From Paramecium tetraurelia (Eukaryota), in the NCBI GenBank assembly GCA_000165425.1, contig CT868036.1:62001-126000 (forward strand): 64,000 nucleotides of DNA. The letters are read 5' to 3'. A program made the position numbers and the translations under genes. Below, in pieces: positions 25,122 to 39,721 of the stretch; the first letter of the stretch is position 1; every line of letters starts with the position of its first letter. The notes under the pieces are model-generated. The model had not been told where the DNA came from and searched no databases. It worked only from the letters and a program-made list of their open reading frames with translations.

Positions 25122-26179
25122 TCAATTTTGAATGTTAATTTTTTGTAGGTTCACGCACCTCGGATACTATCTTTCAAAGAATGAAATCACCTATTCCACC
25201 TTCTTGAAACAATTCAAATACTCATCAAATTTCAATTATCCAATTCTAATGAGATTATTCTACAAAGAATATAACTTATAAATTACTATCTATTGTTTTT
25301 AATTCTTATTTTTCTTTTCTTATTCCTCCTTACTAGACTGATGCAACTCTATGTATTTATAAATTGTGTATCCCAAGATACTGGCAGCCAAAAGCATCTA
25401 TTGACACTACATCATTTAGAAATCATGGCAACACAATTTCAGGATATGGCTGGCTGTATCATAAATGGATTATACAGATTAACTAAAATAAAATTATTGT
25501 AATACTTTTAAGACTATCCAAATAATTAAAATTTTAGATATTATAAGTATTCGTTAAGAGTTGGAAAATTAGTGTTGTAATTCAAAGTTTCTAGTATGTC
25601 CTTTTCCATTGTTTTGATTTAATAGGCGGAGAATTTATTATGTGAAAGATCAATTATTATTGTTTCAATGTCAAAACATTCAATGTCTTCAACCTTGGAA
25701 GCAATGAATATACAGGTGACACCTATCAGGTAGATATCTGAGTCATTGTATTATTATTCAGTGTTCTTGAGGTAGGCATCCATCAAGTTAACAGCTCTGA
25801 AAAAAGTATTTTCATTGGTGAAGTTGCGACAGCCAAAAACTTTAATCATCCAATCAACCATCAAGGCTCTGGATTTATCATTGATTAGGTGTTTGGCTAG
25901 GCTATTTCCCAAATCTATTCGGTCCTGTATCAAAGAGTCAAACAACTCCTTATTATAACAATTATTATAATCAACTATTCTTTTAACTGAAGGGTCTAGA
26001 AGCCCTTCTAGATAATCAGATTCTACCTAGACCTTATTTTCTAGATTTATTAATTCTAACATTTCAATAAAACCATTCTCCTATATTTCAGTTGAGTGAC
26101 TCGAATCGATATAGGAATTTTTTCGTTTCTTTATCTTCTCAGTTGGGATTTGTTCACTATACAATTAACTTTTGAACAT
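25122..26179 (-). CDS. Cyclin (A/B-like cyclin box)
   Basis: RALMVDWMIKV, AVNLMDAYL, LIGVTCIFIASKVED, MEKDILETLNY; two tiny introns. Confidence 0.92.
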
Positions 26180-27265
26180 GAAATGATATTTTTATTCAAG
26201 AGAATTCAATAATAACGAATAAGAGAGAATCTTTTTCACATGCTAAAATTGAGTGAGAAAATCACTAAGGAATTATTGGAATATAATTTATTATAATTTT
26301 ATAAATTTTATATTCCACAAAGTATTTGTCTTTCTTTAAACTCTCAATCTAAGTCCAATGCTATCTCCTTAATATTTATCTATGTTCATATTTATATAAA
26401 GAGGTATATAAAATAATATATGACATATAGATATCTATATTATATTATATTTATATGTAATTGATTTATTACTTCAATTTTAGTTGAAATTATTTATTTA
26501 GACAACCAAAAAATAAGCAAGGTATCAACTGAATACCAAAAGCAAAGTATCTATTCCCACATTGTTAGCAAGAAGTTTAGCAATGTCTGCTTCCAGCGTA
26601 AATGCATAATGCATATTTCTATAGAATCATCTACTTTCATAATCATCCAATCATAAAGTCCCAATTTTCACCTTTTTGATACTCATATTTGCCATCTTTA
26701 AAGCATTGTCTAGTGGGTATGATTTCTATATTATATCGTCTCTAATAGTGATTAAATAGGTATTTTCAATTAATGTTCTTAACTGTGAATTTTAATAATA
26801 AAAATAAAATTATATAATATATTATATTACCAATCAAAATATAAAAGAAAATCATATTCCTCCAATACCAAAATAGTGTTTAAGAATTCTGATGGAGTAC
26901 TCCTATAAAATATTGTACATGTATAAATAGAAATCTAATCATTTTGATGTTCTTTCAACTTTTAGATTCCTATTTCAGAATAGTTAACCAAATGTTGAAT
27001 GATATTTGATCAATTAATCATATTGAACATGCTCTACCAAATGGGATATGCAGTATTGGATTCAAGTTCAAAGATGCTTAATTTTTTAATTTTATACAAT
27101 AGACAAAAATTATTGAAATTAGTAAAGAATTTAATTTGTATTTTTAAATTACAATTGTTCAAATTGGAATTCGTGTGTAGTCTGATGGTACAAAATTAGG
27201 GAGAGGAAATGAAAATATGTGATGATAGTTTAAATTTATATGAAATAAAATAAATATATATTGTA

Positions 27266-28675
27266 ATGCAATTACGGAAAGTTCGTTCACAGGAAAATTC
27301 ATGCACTAATTAAGATTAGCAAAGAAAAATAGACTCTGCACAATTTAAAACACAGCCTTGCACTCAACAACATCCCAGCACTCATAAAAAGTTTTGCCCC
27401 TATTACCATGATGAATCTGATCGTCGACGCGATCCTCATCAATTCAAATATAAGTGAGAATACTGATAATGATCCTAAGGTGTCAAATTTGTCCTTAGTT
27501 TGAGCAATGTCCTCATGGAGATTTGTGTGCATTCTCACACAACAAAGTAGAATAAGTGTACCATCCAAATAGATATAAGAGCAAATATTGCGTATAGAAT
27601 AAGGATTGTGAATATGGAATCTATTGCTCATTTGCCCACAATGAACACGAATTGCGAGTCCCCCTTAAATTAGAATAATTGGTACAAGACAAGAAATTTT
27701 GGATGTTTCATTATAAAACAATATGGTGTCCATACATAGTCGGGTATCCCATCATTTAAAACCAAAAGACATGACCGAGCCACTTGTGTTTATGCTCATA
27801 ATGCACAAGATTTCAGAAGAGATCCTCATCAGCTTCAACCAAAGGAATGCGTTTATTGGAATAAAACAGATTAGATCCAAAGGTATGACCAAGGAGGCTG
27901 TCCTGATCAAGAGAACTGTCCAAATTGTCACGGATGGAAGGAATATGAATATCATCCCTTGATTTACAAAACAAAACCATGTGCTTAACCTAATTGCATT
28001 AAAAAAGAGTGTCCCTTTTTCCATAATGATCAAGAACGTAGGTACCATCTCATCCTTATTTCTAAGAATACCCAAGTAATAAAATGAAAAGCAGTGGATT
28101 ATTTAGGAACCAAATACTCAAATTTTGTCGAGGGTTCCTTATAAGTCCAATTCAAATTACTAAGGACCCATAATTCCCAGTTACATTCCATAAGATTTGA
28201 ATAGAGAGAAAATGGAAGTTGGGTAGCCACTTGAATTGTTTAGCACTATGACCTCTTCGTCAAATCCACTTTCGAGAAGAGGGTCGGATTTCTCAGACAG
28301 ATAAAAAAAAAAATGGAATACCTAACGTAAACATCATCGCACAGCTCCTACGACACCAGATCAAAAATAATAGTAATAAACAAAGATGCCATTAATCAAA
28401 TATTCTCGTAGATTGTAGGATGAATTATGGAAATTATCTGGGGTAAAGTGATTTCAGTAATATCCTAGTCGGATTTCATTTTACACACTCTAGAAGGGAT
28501 GAAAATAACTGAAACCAGTTTGATGCACATGAATGAGATTAATCTACTATCTCTGAATATTAGTGATTAATAAAAGCAATATTTGATATCAGCCTTATTC
28601 AATATTAAGTAGGAAAAGAACTACGATGAAAAACACGACGATGAACTATTAAAAGAAAGTGCAGGGCAATTTTGA
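27266..28675 (+). CDS. Unkempt-like tandem CCCH zinc finger RNA-binding protein
   Basis: FKTQPC..CPYYHDESDRRRDP, CPHGDLCAFSHNKVEQVYHPNRYKSKYC, CEYGIYCSFAH, CVYAHNAQDFRRDP repeats. Confidence 0.9.
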
Positions 28676-29500
28676 AATTTTAGCTCTTGTATTTCAATAA
28701 CATTATTTTTCCAATCACACTTTAATCAATTCTCTCTCCATCTATTTTAGAATTTAAAAATAAACTAAACGGTTTATTATATATCCAACTAGACAATAAT
28801 TGATAAGACAAATGTTCTGTTAAATAAATTATAATCAATTCAATCATTAATAAATAAATGAGGTATGAGAATTTCAATTTTATTTAAATATTAATCGTAG
28901 CTAAGACTTTAATCAAATATAAATAAGGGAATTACTAGTTATAATGATTTGGATAAATTGAATGGAATTGTAATCTATAAATGTATTAAGGTTTGCGAAA
29001 GTATTTATTTTAAACGGGGATTAGAATAAATTAATAGAGCTCATAATTAAATGGTGGAATTGAGCCTGTAATTATTCAATACTTCTTAATTTAATGCAAA
29101 ATTTTTTGATTTATTTTTCAATCAATAAGTTTATTATTATGCAAAATTAAATAAAAGGAAATGATATAATCGTATAATCCAAGAAAGAATCAATAGACTT
29201 TTGAGATTTCGAGAACTACATAATAACAATGCATGGATAATTAAAATGACGATTAGGCTACATTCCAGCAGTAGAATAGAGAAATTAGATAAAATAAATA
29301 AACGTGGATCAGTTTTGACATATTTAATCTGGTCTAAAATAAAACATTTAGTAAATATATAACAGCTTTGTGAATTTCAAATTAAGGTAGAATCAGTTAA
29401 ATCACAATTGTTATCTTCTACTAAAGTGTATAGAGAGTTGAAGAGTATCGGTAAAATTTGATTGATTAAAATTGAATTTTGATTATATTTTTTATTTAAT

Positions 29501-32500
29501 ATGAAGGATGAATATGCTGAACTTACTACAATAGGTACATCAAGTTCATCAGCTAATAGACGATTACTCTTTCTGCACAAGAGTGAAATAACTAAATCTT
29601 ACATTGATTAGACTAAATAAATCTGCAACTAGTAGAAAAAAAAGAAATAGCCTTTTCAAAAGAGATATGATTAAGAGCAAGAGAAGAATGAGAGTATTGA
29701 AATATAGAAGGGTCTAATGAAAGTGGAAATTTTGGATTGGTAGGGTTTCATGGATCAAGAGTAGGATATGATAAATAAAGTGAATAATGAGGAAGAGCAA
29801 TAAAAAACTTTAAAGACGCCTTTAACTTTTAAGTGTAAAACCAACCCTTGTATCAAACAGATTGGGAATGATCGATTTAATTATTTCTACAAAATGAAAT
29901 TGGCTAAGTAAAACATCAATTTTACATAAGCAAGTAGTTGTCTGCCATAAGCACCTAGGACTTTTTGAAAAGCGTTAGGCACTCTTAAAAACTGGATGAT
30001 TACACAAAACTATACAAACAATAACCACACAACCTCTACATGAGTCTCAATTTTTCACAGCCTGAGAGGATGCCGAAAACTTTTGGATTGATATAAAATA
30101 CACTACAATTAACAAATGCCAATGTAAGTCATTCTTTAAGGAATGGCGAAGATTGTAATGCTTTTTCCAATGCGATGCTTACATAGCAAAGCAGGTAATT
30201 ATAGGTAATGCAATTAAATCATAATTAATTTACTCCAAACCAATTGCGCAACATACTGCTAACTTTCCCTACTACTCTGAAGGATTTGGAATTGCAGAAT
30301 TGTAAACTTAACTATATGCATATGGAAGTGTTGATGGCTTTTGCAAGCAAGAATTAAATTTATAAGTTGAATCTTGAAAACAACAACATTCGAGATTTGG
30401 GGTGCCAAATTATTATGAAACATCTCCTAACAAATAACACTCTTCAATGCATCAATTTGAACAATAACCACATTACAGAGTGTGCTTGTAATGCCATCTC
30501 AAATTTACTTAAGTAAACATAACGTCTCTTGGAATTGTATTTAGGCTATAATTTCTTAAACGGTAGTGCAGGCACTATCATTTGGAAAGCCATGTACAAA
30601 AACACTAGTATCAAAATTCTGGATCTATCTCACAATACGATAGCCTCTTTAGAATGTGCTTAATCAATTAACAAAGCGATCTCTCGGCCATACAACGAAT
30701 TATTGCACGTTGATCTCTCGTATAATAAATTTACCAGTCCTTAAGCTCAATTAATTTCAGAGGCACTACAAAAGAATGAAACTATTTATGGATTCCATTT
30801 TGAAGGCAATCAGTAAGAACTATTTGTCAATCCCAATGGATTTTTAATTAATAGTGTTTAATCATTCAAATAAAGACAGGATAAGTTATAACTATTATAT
30901 AAATAGCCTTAATACTTTAAATTATTGGATGAACCTAAAAAGGAAAATCTGCTTATGAAAAGGGAAGAGATACTAATAATGCCATTTAGTAGATCAAGAA
31001 AAATAAGATCTACAAAATTGAATAAATAAAATTTTAATGAAATCAATCGTCTTGATACTTGCTGGATTTGTGAAGGATGGTAGGAGATTAAATTTGAATG
31101 GACTGCTCATAAATCTGGCAGTCTCTACAATGAACCTATTTTTATCCATTTTGATTTTGAAGAATATCGACCTCTTTTGATGACGTTTTTAAATAACGAG
31201 TTCTTTTATGTTAAAATGTGTCCACCAAATAAGGAAATCCACTATTTCTTTACTAATCCAATCTTAAGCATTCAACAACCAGCAATGGATCAAAATATTA
31301 AATAAATGAATATTTAATCTATTCCATTTTTGTACAACGATGAAATCTTAGTAGATGGGAATGTCATGGATTAAGTTAACGTATATCATAAAAATGACAA
31401 ACAAAGGTTATTTGACAAGTATATGCCAATGGTACAATGCAAACCCAGAGAACCATTAGCCAAATTTGACTTCTCTCCTTATCTTAACATAAAAAAGCAT
31501 TGTTGGTCAGTTGAAAATTCTATCTTCAAACATTTCTAACCTGATACACCTAGTTTGATTGATGAATGCTTTGAATTTGATTTTCAAAACTCCAAAGTCA
31601 CTCGTTTAGTTAAAGATACTGAATTGAATGAAATAAAGGATAATCTTAAAATACTCTACCGTCAATTATTCCATTGTTACAAATATCATGCATCTGGCTC
31701 ACTTAATACACCTATTCCATGTATCACCATTTAGGATTATATCGATTTCTTGCTTCAAACTTCATTATTGGATGGTTATAAGACTAATGACATAGACATC
31801 AGCTTTACGTCAACAGCAGGTGCAAAAGACGTCTAATTCCCTTAAGCCTTTGATAAAGGATTGGTTCGTTGCCAGCTTTTGGAAATCATGATCAGAATGT
31901 GCAATGATAAATTCATTAGATAAGGTACTTGCGCAACTATGAGTGAAGCCATTTGTCTAATCAACAAACAAGCTCAAGAATACTTCTCCAAATTTGATTA
32001 GGCTCAAATGTGGAGAAAGAGTAGATTGTGGAATTAGAAATGCGATATCATTCTCAGTGATCGTTTAGCCATGTTGAAATCCTTATTTAAGTATATAAGT
32101 CGGTTGAGTAAGAAGGACAAGTAATTATACAAATATGATTACATTTCTGTACAAGATTTCAAAGATTGGATTGTACAATGCAAATTAATATGCGATGATC
32201 TTAGTGAGAGAGAATGCTACTTGATCTACTTGCAATCTATGATCACTTAGAAGGATGAACTTTATTCAACCAAACATTATCAAATGAACTTCCATGAATT
32301 CATTGAAGCCATAGGTAGGTTGGCTGAAAAGTTATCCATCATTAGAGGTGACAAACCCCTTGATGTTGAAGACAGAAGACCTTTTGATTTGACCTCCAAA
32401 ATAGATGGTTTCCTCCTTCTTCTTTATCTTATTATTGGCAATGATATGAAGTAGGCTTTGACAACAAATGATCCAGACATTAGAGGTCTTGATAAATGTA

Positions 32501-32763
32501 TGATAAATGATTTCAAATCCTTGAAATAGAAACTAGAAGATTCATTCACTGATGGCGATGAACCTCCGTATGATCCAAGGGTTGAACTACCTCATCTATA
32601 GAGTCAAATTACTAATTTATTGGGCAATACTATAGGGGGCAAAAAACAAACCCTAAGATAATAACTTAAATAAGTTAAAAGAGAAGAACAAAAATTCTCT
32701 CTCATTAATTTTGTTCAATATTTTAAGAGTATTTAATAAGTTCATGTGGATCATGATGATTGA
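29501..32763 (+). CDS. Large RNI-like leucine-rich repeat protein
   Basis: LNLENNNIRDLG, INLNNNHITE, LYLGYNFL, LDLSHNTI, VDLSYNKF repeats then a long C-terminal region; about 3.2 kb open in ciliate code. Confidence 0.85.
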
Positions 32764-33738
32764 AACTCATTTAAGAAATCATAATTTCTTCCTTTTTTTC
32801 TTTCAATTTTTTTATCCAATCGATTTATTCAACCATAAATTATTTCTATATGAAACTAAAAATCAATATCACAAAATGGTGTTGATTTGTAGATGATGAA
32901 AAAATTTTTTATAATTTCCTCTTTTTATATACATATATATTTTATAAAATGGTCTCCCTTATTAACATACGTCAATGGATAGAAAGTACCTTACTATTCT
33001 AAAAATCTAATGTATTAGGTACTAAATCATACTTTTGAGCTACCTTATGGTAGGTTTTGAAGGTGATTTCTTTTATAATTTGAATCTATATTTAGGAACT
33101 GCTCAAATTTAGAGAGAAAATCAAATATATTAATTCGAAAATTGGAATATTTAAAAAAAAGAAGCAAATTTAGATTTTGAGTTGATTATAGAATAAAAAT
33201 TGATGTCAATCAAGGTTTTTTTTTCTTTGAGAGTGTTTTATAGTAGTGATTAGTTTAAAATTTTATGAAATCGGAACATATATCTCAGACACAGCGTCTA
33301 AGGCTAAAACTAATTCATCTCTGAAAGCAACATCTTAATCTTGTACGTGATGCTCTATATGTTTAATAAATCGATTGTTTCTAATTCCAAGAAAATCCAT
33401 TTTTTAATATTGAAATATTATTTGTTATAACGTAAAATACAATCTAAACATATTTAAATCAGAATTATTGATAGAAATTTTATAAAATAATATTACTGTA
33501 ATTTTGTTTCTTTAAATTATTAATTTCTACTTAGAATTATACTAACCCCATAGATGTCTTGAAATTGCAGCTAGGATCACTTAACACATCTCATCCAGCT
33601 GAAGCATCGGTTATAAAAAAGAGAAACTAATTTTTATTTTTAGTAACTATGGGATATTGTATATGAATTTTAAATTGATGTTCATGAAATCAATTAAATT
33701 TTAGTATTATATAAGATAATAAATAAATAACATTAAGT

Positions 33739-34590
33739 ATGGTTGTTCCAAATGAAGTTAAAGATATAGGAATAGCTTGTAAAAGGTTTCTCTTCACAAC
33801 AGAGTTCTTGGGCTTTCTTATTCTAACATTATTTTAGAATGAGATGGTTCTGCCAATTGGAATTAGATTATTGATTGAAGCTATTTTGGCAGCCTATTTC
33901 TACATAAATTGTAGTGATTCTCCAGGCAGTCCATTATCAGGTGATGATGATCAGGAATTGTCATAATTCTCCATTTCAACTTCACAAAGAGATAATTCTC
34001 AATAAGAATCATAAATCCCTGAAAGAAATGTCTGTCAGGAATGCAAGATAATTCAGCCATTTAGAACGAAACATTGTCAAAAATGCAAGAAATGCATTCC
34101 CAAATATGATCATCATTGCTTTTGGGTAGGAGGTTGTATCGGTGAGTTAAATCATAGAACATTCTGGCTATTTTTATTTTTTTAATGCTTACTCTGCTTT
34201 GATGGATTATTTCAATTCAATAAATAACTGGGTCTCTATTCAATTTATGAAGAAGAACAAAGTGATAATAAATATAAGTATTAATATTTTATGATATTGT
34301 TGTTCGGAACAATATCGTTTGGATTTGGTATTTTTACAGGGGCCTTATTCTTATATCATACTATGCTGATTATAACTGGACAGACAACATGGGAACACAC
34401 AAAAAGGGATAAAATTACATATTTGAAGTTTTATCCGAAATTTTATCATCCTTACAATTATGGATTGATAAAAAATATCAGGCTTTTGTTTTTTCATAGA
34501 AATGTGTAATCCCATTGGATTCCACCATAAAAAGATTAAATTTAGGAGTAGTGTAATATATTTGATAACAAGTATTACTCGTGTTGTTGA
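33739..34590 (+). CDS. DHHC palmitoyltransferase
   Basis: CQECKIIQPFRTKHCQKCKKCIPKYDHHCFWVGGCIGELNHR, TTWE, TM helices; 283 aa intronless. Confidence 0.95.
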
Positions 34591-34620
34591 AATTATTTAC
34601 TTATGTATAATATGTATAAT

Positions 34621-35332
34621 TCAAGATTAAGTGGATAAGGTTTTTTTATGTGTTTAGAATGATTTGAGAGTGTCACTGAATTTTAATGGTTTTAATTGTA
34701 CCAATTCAATTCTTCTATAACTAAGATAAGGGATAGATTCCTTATTCCGAGGAGATTGATAATGCTTAGGAGAGCTTAATGGTGTTTTATTACCAAAATA
34801 GCGGTAATTTCGAGCTTTATTTTGAATCTCTTTTTTTTGAGTTTCTTATTTTTCAAAATATTCTTTCAATTTGTGCATTGATTCTTTGAGGCATGCAGAT
34901 TCTTTAGGAGTTGCATCTACTGATTCAACTTATTGTTATTCAACTTTATTTCTTTTGACTTAATCGAATATAATTGTACGATATTTGTAAAATATACTGT
35001 TCTTAGCTAATTGATTGTAATAAAAATATATTACTCTATCTTCTCTTTTAAACTCTCAATTAGATTTCAATTTTCTTTTTCATATTTGGTACTTGTTTAA
35101 GATTCAAATATTTGTATTAGAATTTACTGAGGCTTCCACACTCATTACAATAACAACTTTTTCTTCTTAATGAATCCCTTTAAAATATCAACCCTTTGAT
35201 GTTGAATATATTTAATTGATTACGAGGTTCAAAACTATTGGATCGGCCTTTTAGTTTTATTTTCTTTTTTGCAAAGAGCGACAATGATCTGTATTACGGA
35301 GAAATATATTTTTTATAATCTAATATATTCAT
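34621..35332 (-). CDS. Hypothetical basic protein with RRKSCYCNECG motif
   Basis: ATG-TGA frame with one tiny intron; motif shared with genes at 44860 and 45660. Confidence 0.75.
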
Positions 35333-35569
35333 TTTAATATTAAAACTTTAAAGTAATGTCTAAAGAACAATTATTTATATTAAAATTAAAGAAATTTAAT
35401 TGAAATAATAACAACAAAAAAAAATTAGAGAATTAAAGAGACAGTGGCTGATATTCTTGTAAAATAGAGGAATCCAATTTTGAATCATAATGTTATGCTA
35501 TATCTAAGAATAATTAAGATGTAATTTAATCTATAAACATATAGTACAACTACTAATAGAATATCAAAA

Positions 35570-36890
35570 TCACAAGTCAATTATGTTAGTAGTTCGGAGA
35601 GATTTGATGGTTTTGGCATCTAGACTTTTATTGCTTTTTTTTGGTTAATATTGTTGTTATTAATTATTTTGCATTTGTTATTGTAATATTTGATGCTCAG
35701 ATGAACATTGATTGTCTTGCTTTTCATTTATTGATTAAAATCCTTTAAAATAAGGATGCTCGAGTGCTTATTGTGCTGTAAATCTCTTGACTGGATCTAC
35801 TTCCAACATTTGTTTCAATAAATCAGCAGCTTCTTCATCTGCAACATATTGTTAAGCCTTATACATCTTGGATTTAAGCATAGGCTGATTTGTGATTCTA
35901 AAATTGATAAATATAAGTACAAATTAAATAACACTACTCCAACACTGAACATATCAGAATTAAAGCTTGATTCTTTTTATCTAAGTACTTCAGGTGCATA
36001 ATAACCTGGCGTTCCACAGACACTGCTTACGGAGCCAAATTTCAAATTAGCAGCAAATCCAAAATCAATGACTTTAATTGAACTATCTTTTTATACAATG
36101 ATATTCTCTGGTTTGATATCTCGATGCACAATTCTTAGTGATTGCAAATAACTTACAGTATTCAGCAAACCCTATTGATATATGATGTTTAAATACGATC
36201 ATTATCATCTTTATTTGCTCTGTCGGCAGTTTTTATTTTAATATTTCGCTCAAAGGTGTTCCTTGAACAAACTCTTAGACAATCCAAAAAGTCTAATCAT
36301 TTTCATAAACTTCAAGCACTTTGATAATGTTGGGATGATCAAGCGACTACAATATTTTTACTTCCGTTCTGACTATGTCCTAATCAAGTTTAAATTAATT
36401 AGTTACCAAGGCCTGTTCTTCTCTTCCAAACTCTTGTTTAATCATTTTGACTGCAACTGCCTTATTGGTTTATTTCTCGATGCTTCGAAATACCTAAAAT
36501 TGTTAATTAATCAATCAATATACTTTTGCGGACATTCCTTCTCCAATGAATTATATTGGTTCATAAAAAGATGCCATGTTTCTATAGATTACTCGTCCCC
36601 CAATCATTTTTTTGAATTATTCCAAATAACTATGTTGAGCTTCAAAATATTTGATTTTATTCTGATAAAATATTCCAAATGCTTTCAAGTTTTACTTCCC
36701 TATTTTCCAAAGAATTTACGTTGTTAATTTGAGTTCTATTATATATTTTGGATTCTTGAAATTGTTGAACTTAAAAATAACATAATTAGGTTACTGCAGA
36801 GATTATCACCTCATCTTCCATTACTTTTAAGTAATAAGTTTTAGAAAAGATAGTATGTGGTCGTACACAAGAAAAAGATAGCAAATCCAT
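35570..36890 (-). CDS. Ser/Thr protein kinase (CAMK-like) with N-terminal extension
   Basis: GEGMSAK|V, VAVK, HRDIKPEN, DFG, CGTPGYYAPE, DMFSVG; several tiny introns. Confidence 0.93.
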
Positions 36891-38661
36891 TCTAATAAAG
36901 TATTGTTTCCCTAACTAAATTGATTTATATTATTTATTAATTTTATATTTCGATACTTATATATGTAACTAATACTTTTGCATCTTTATTCCAATTTCCG
37001 AGAATATCTTGCTTCCTTTGGTTAATTATTATCCATAATTTTGATTAATCAATCAAACCAAGATCATTTATATAATAAATAAATTCATTAAGGAAATAAT
37101 TCAAAAAATTTCAACATATATTTTAATTCATTCCCAAAGCCCTATATTTCATTTAAGAAATCATGAAAATATTATTTACCAAATGCATTCTCTATAAAAT
37201 TAACGAAATTCTTTATATATAATATCACTTAATTTCAAGATAATATATTATATACATAACACGATTAATTTTTCAGTAGTTGTACTTCTTTAAGGTCAAT
37301 TAACATACAGAAATTGATGATTATCATCTTCACAAATTACGAATGATTTCTGCATTTCAAAATTTCCATTGGCAAACTATTACCATTCTAAAAATAGATT
37401 AGAAGTCATTAGATCATTTTAAACAATTCAATTTTGTTTCTTGATTGTAGAAACATATTATTATCAGTTAATAAACTATTATTTTTTAAGTAAAACAAAT
37501 TCTAAAGAAAATAATTTTTAAGTGGTGAAAACACATTCCACTTTGTAAATACTTTCTGGATAAAGAAATTTACTTAGCGTATGAATAAATCATCAAAAAG
37601 AAAAAAAAACCACCATAAAAATACCAAACAAAAAGTCAAGAAGACAAATTGATATTCTGAAATGCAAATTTGATAAATGTCTTCATTTTTGTGTCAAAAA
37701 GATTGACGAATTTAATGATCATCCATGAATGAAAGATTTGCAGATAGATGGACGTCATTTTTTAAGCTATTTCTAGCTTTTTAATATTTAGGGATAATTG
37801 AAATTCAAAAAATTATGCCACTCACACAGTATGTTTTTCAGTAATAAAATAATGAACACATCGATTTTGGAACATCATTTTCATGAATTTTGATAGATAG
37901 AGTGTAATTCTATATATTGATAAAGTAATGTAATCATTTATGGAAAAATTAATTGGAATTAGAATCAAAAAGGAGGTAACAATATATTCATAAGACCTTT
38001 TTGCGATTATTGATTTTAATTTTATAACTATTCTTGCTATTTACTATCTATGGAAATTGCCTATTTTGTACGAAATTACAATTTCATCCAATTCAACAAG
38101 TCAATCTAGAGGATCTTAATGAATATTACAATTTTTTTATCACAGTTTTTCAATTTTATTATTCATTTATTATACTTTAGAAGATCACTTCTATGTTAGT
38201 ATTTAATATTAAATATTCTTAGGAGCGGATTCTCTAAAATATTTAAACTAACTAAATCTAGATTTGATAATTTCCTTAATGAAAATTACATTTTAGCAAA
38301 TCAAAATATATCTTTGATTTAAGATTCATCGTGTCAGAAATCGAATATTTAGGCATAAACATGGAGTCCTTATGTAAATTAGGACATTTTTTTTAACATA
38401 CAAATTTGTATTAATTTAGCAATTTATTAAATTAAATTATATCTATAAAGCTTAATTACATATAGAAATATCACAATTACAAAAATAATTTTTAGTAATT
38501 GTCATTAGAGTACTCTAATCTAATGAATTTTGGTTAGCTTTATCTGATAAAGAGTTTTCTAAGACATCAGTATGGATTTTTTTAGAGACGTTCTAATTAT
38601 GACGCATCAATCAGGTGTTTATATATAAGTGATGATCGAAAAGGCCATATATTTAATAATA

Positions 38662-39142
38662 ATGAATAATTCTGATAGTGTTCATTAGGAAGATCTTTCT
38701 TTGAAGGCCAATTCTGAAATCTTGTAGTCTCCTGAAAAAAAGGAGCAAAGAACACGGAATAATGTAATTCCTGGAATGTTTCAAGAATATAAAAGAACCT
38801 ATATCAAAGTCCCTTAAGAATCTAAAGAACGATTACACCAACTTGTATTCGAGGAAGGATTTAAAATTAAAGAAGTATTATACTGGATTAAGTTTAATAT
38901 AGGCAGCTAAGAGACTTTTGATAAAATATGCCACAGCAAAAACAATAGTATTTCATCAAAGAAAAAAGTTTGAAAAAGAAAAGGAGTCATAACTTAAATT
39001 TTGCAGGTGTGCCAAATTAGAAGGGAAGATCTCCATAAAATTAAGAATCATTTCAATCATACAAAAAAATCTTATTTCTAATGTTGAATATAAAGTCCAA
39101 CATCAATCAAATGGTTAATGCTATGAACAAATAAGGGACTGA
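38662..39142 (+). CDS. Small helix-turn-helix DNA-binding protein (paralogue of 18780-19205)
   Basis: GFKIKE|AAKRLLIKYATAKTIVFHQR; same intron position as the paralogue. Confidence 0.8.
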
Positions 39143-39721
39143 ATATTTTTGACTATTTTATAAGTTAACACCAACCATACTTGACTAAATATTTTAAAAT
39201 TTTTTACCTTCCTTAAAATTCAAAAGTGTCACTAGTACATTTGAAGCAGTGTTCCCAATTAGGGTTTACTATAAAAAAATCATTATTTTGGCTGAGTATA
39301 AAAAAAAGGAACATATTTGGAAGATATTTTTATTTAATATTCATAACTCCAAGTCTCTCAAATATTTTGTTAAATTATCTAGCCTCTAAACTGAAACAAC
39401 AGACAAAAGTAATGAGAATTAGTATAGTAAACTTAAATTTTTTGAAAATTGAAAATTTATGAAAATAATGAGTACTTATTTAGAAAAAATAGATTTTTTA
39501 GAAAAAGTTATATATTAGTGTTCTTATAACAATATGATCACTGCCATGATAATAATAAAAATTAGAAATCAATTGAATAACTTTCTGGACCATGCTTCAA
39601 GAAGAATAGTCTTTTTAATTAAAATTATTTTAATTAAAAAAATGTTTTTTTTGAATAATTAATTTTATTCATTAAATTCCTTTAAATTATTTGATTGTTA
39701 TAATATAATCATTCTTTTATT

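Noticed and set aside
29161..29373. 70-codon + strand ORF before the LRR gene
   Set aside because: No motif and no consistent intron model; cannot be supported
39612..39640. 14-bp perfect inverted repeat TTTTTAATTAAAAT-T-ATTTTAATTAAAAA
   Set aside because: Pure A/T in a very AT-rich intergenic region; plausible by chance
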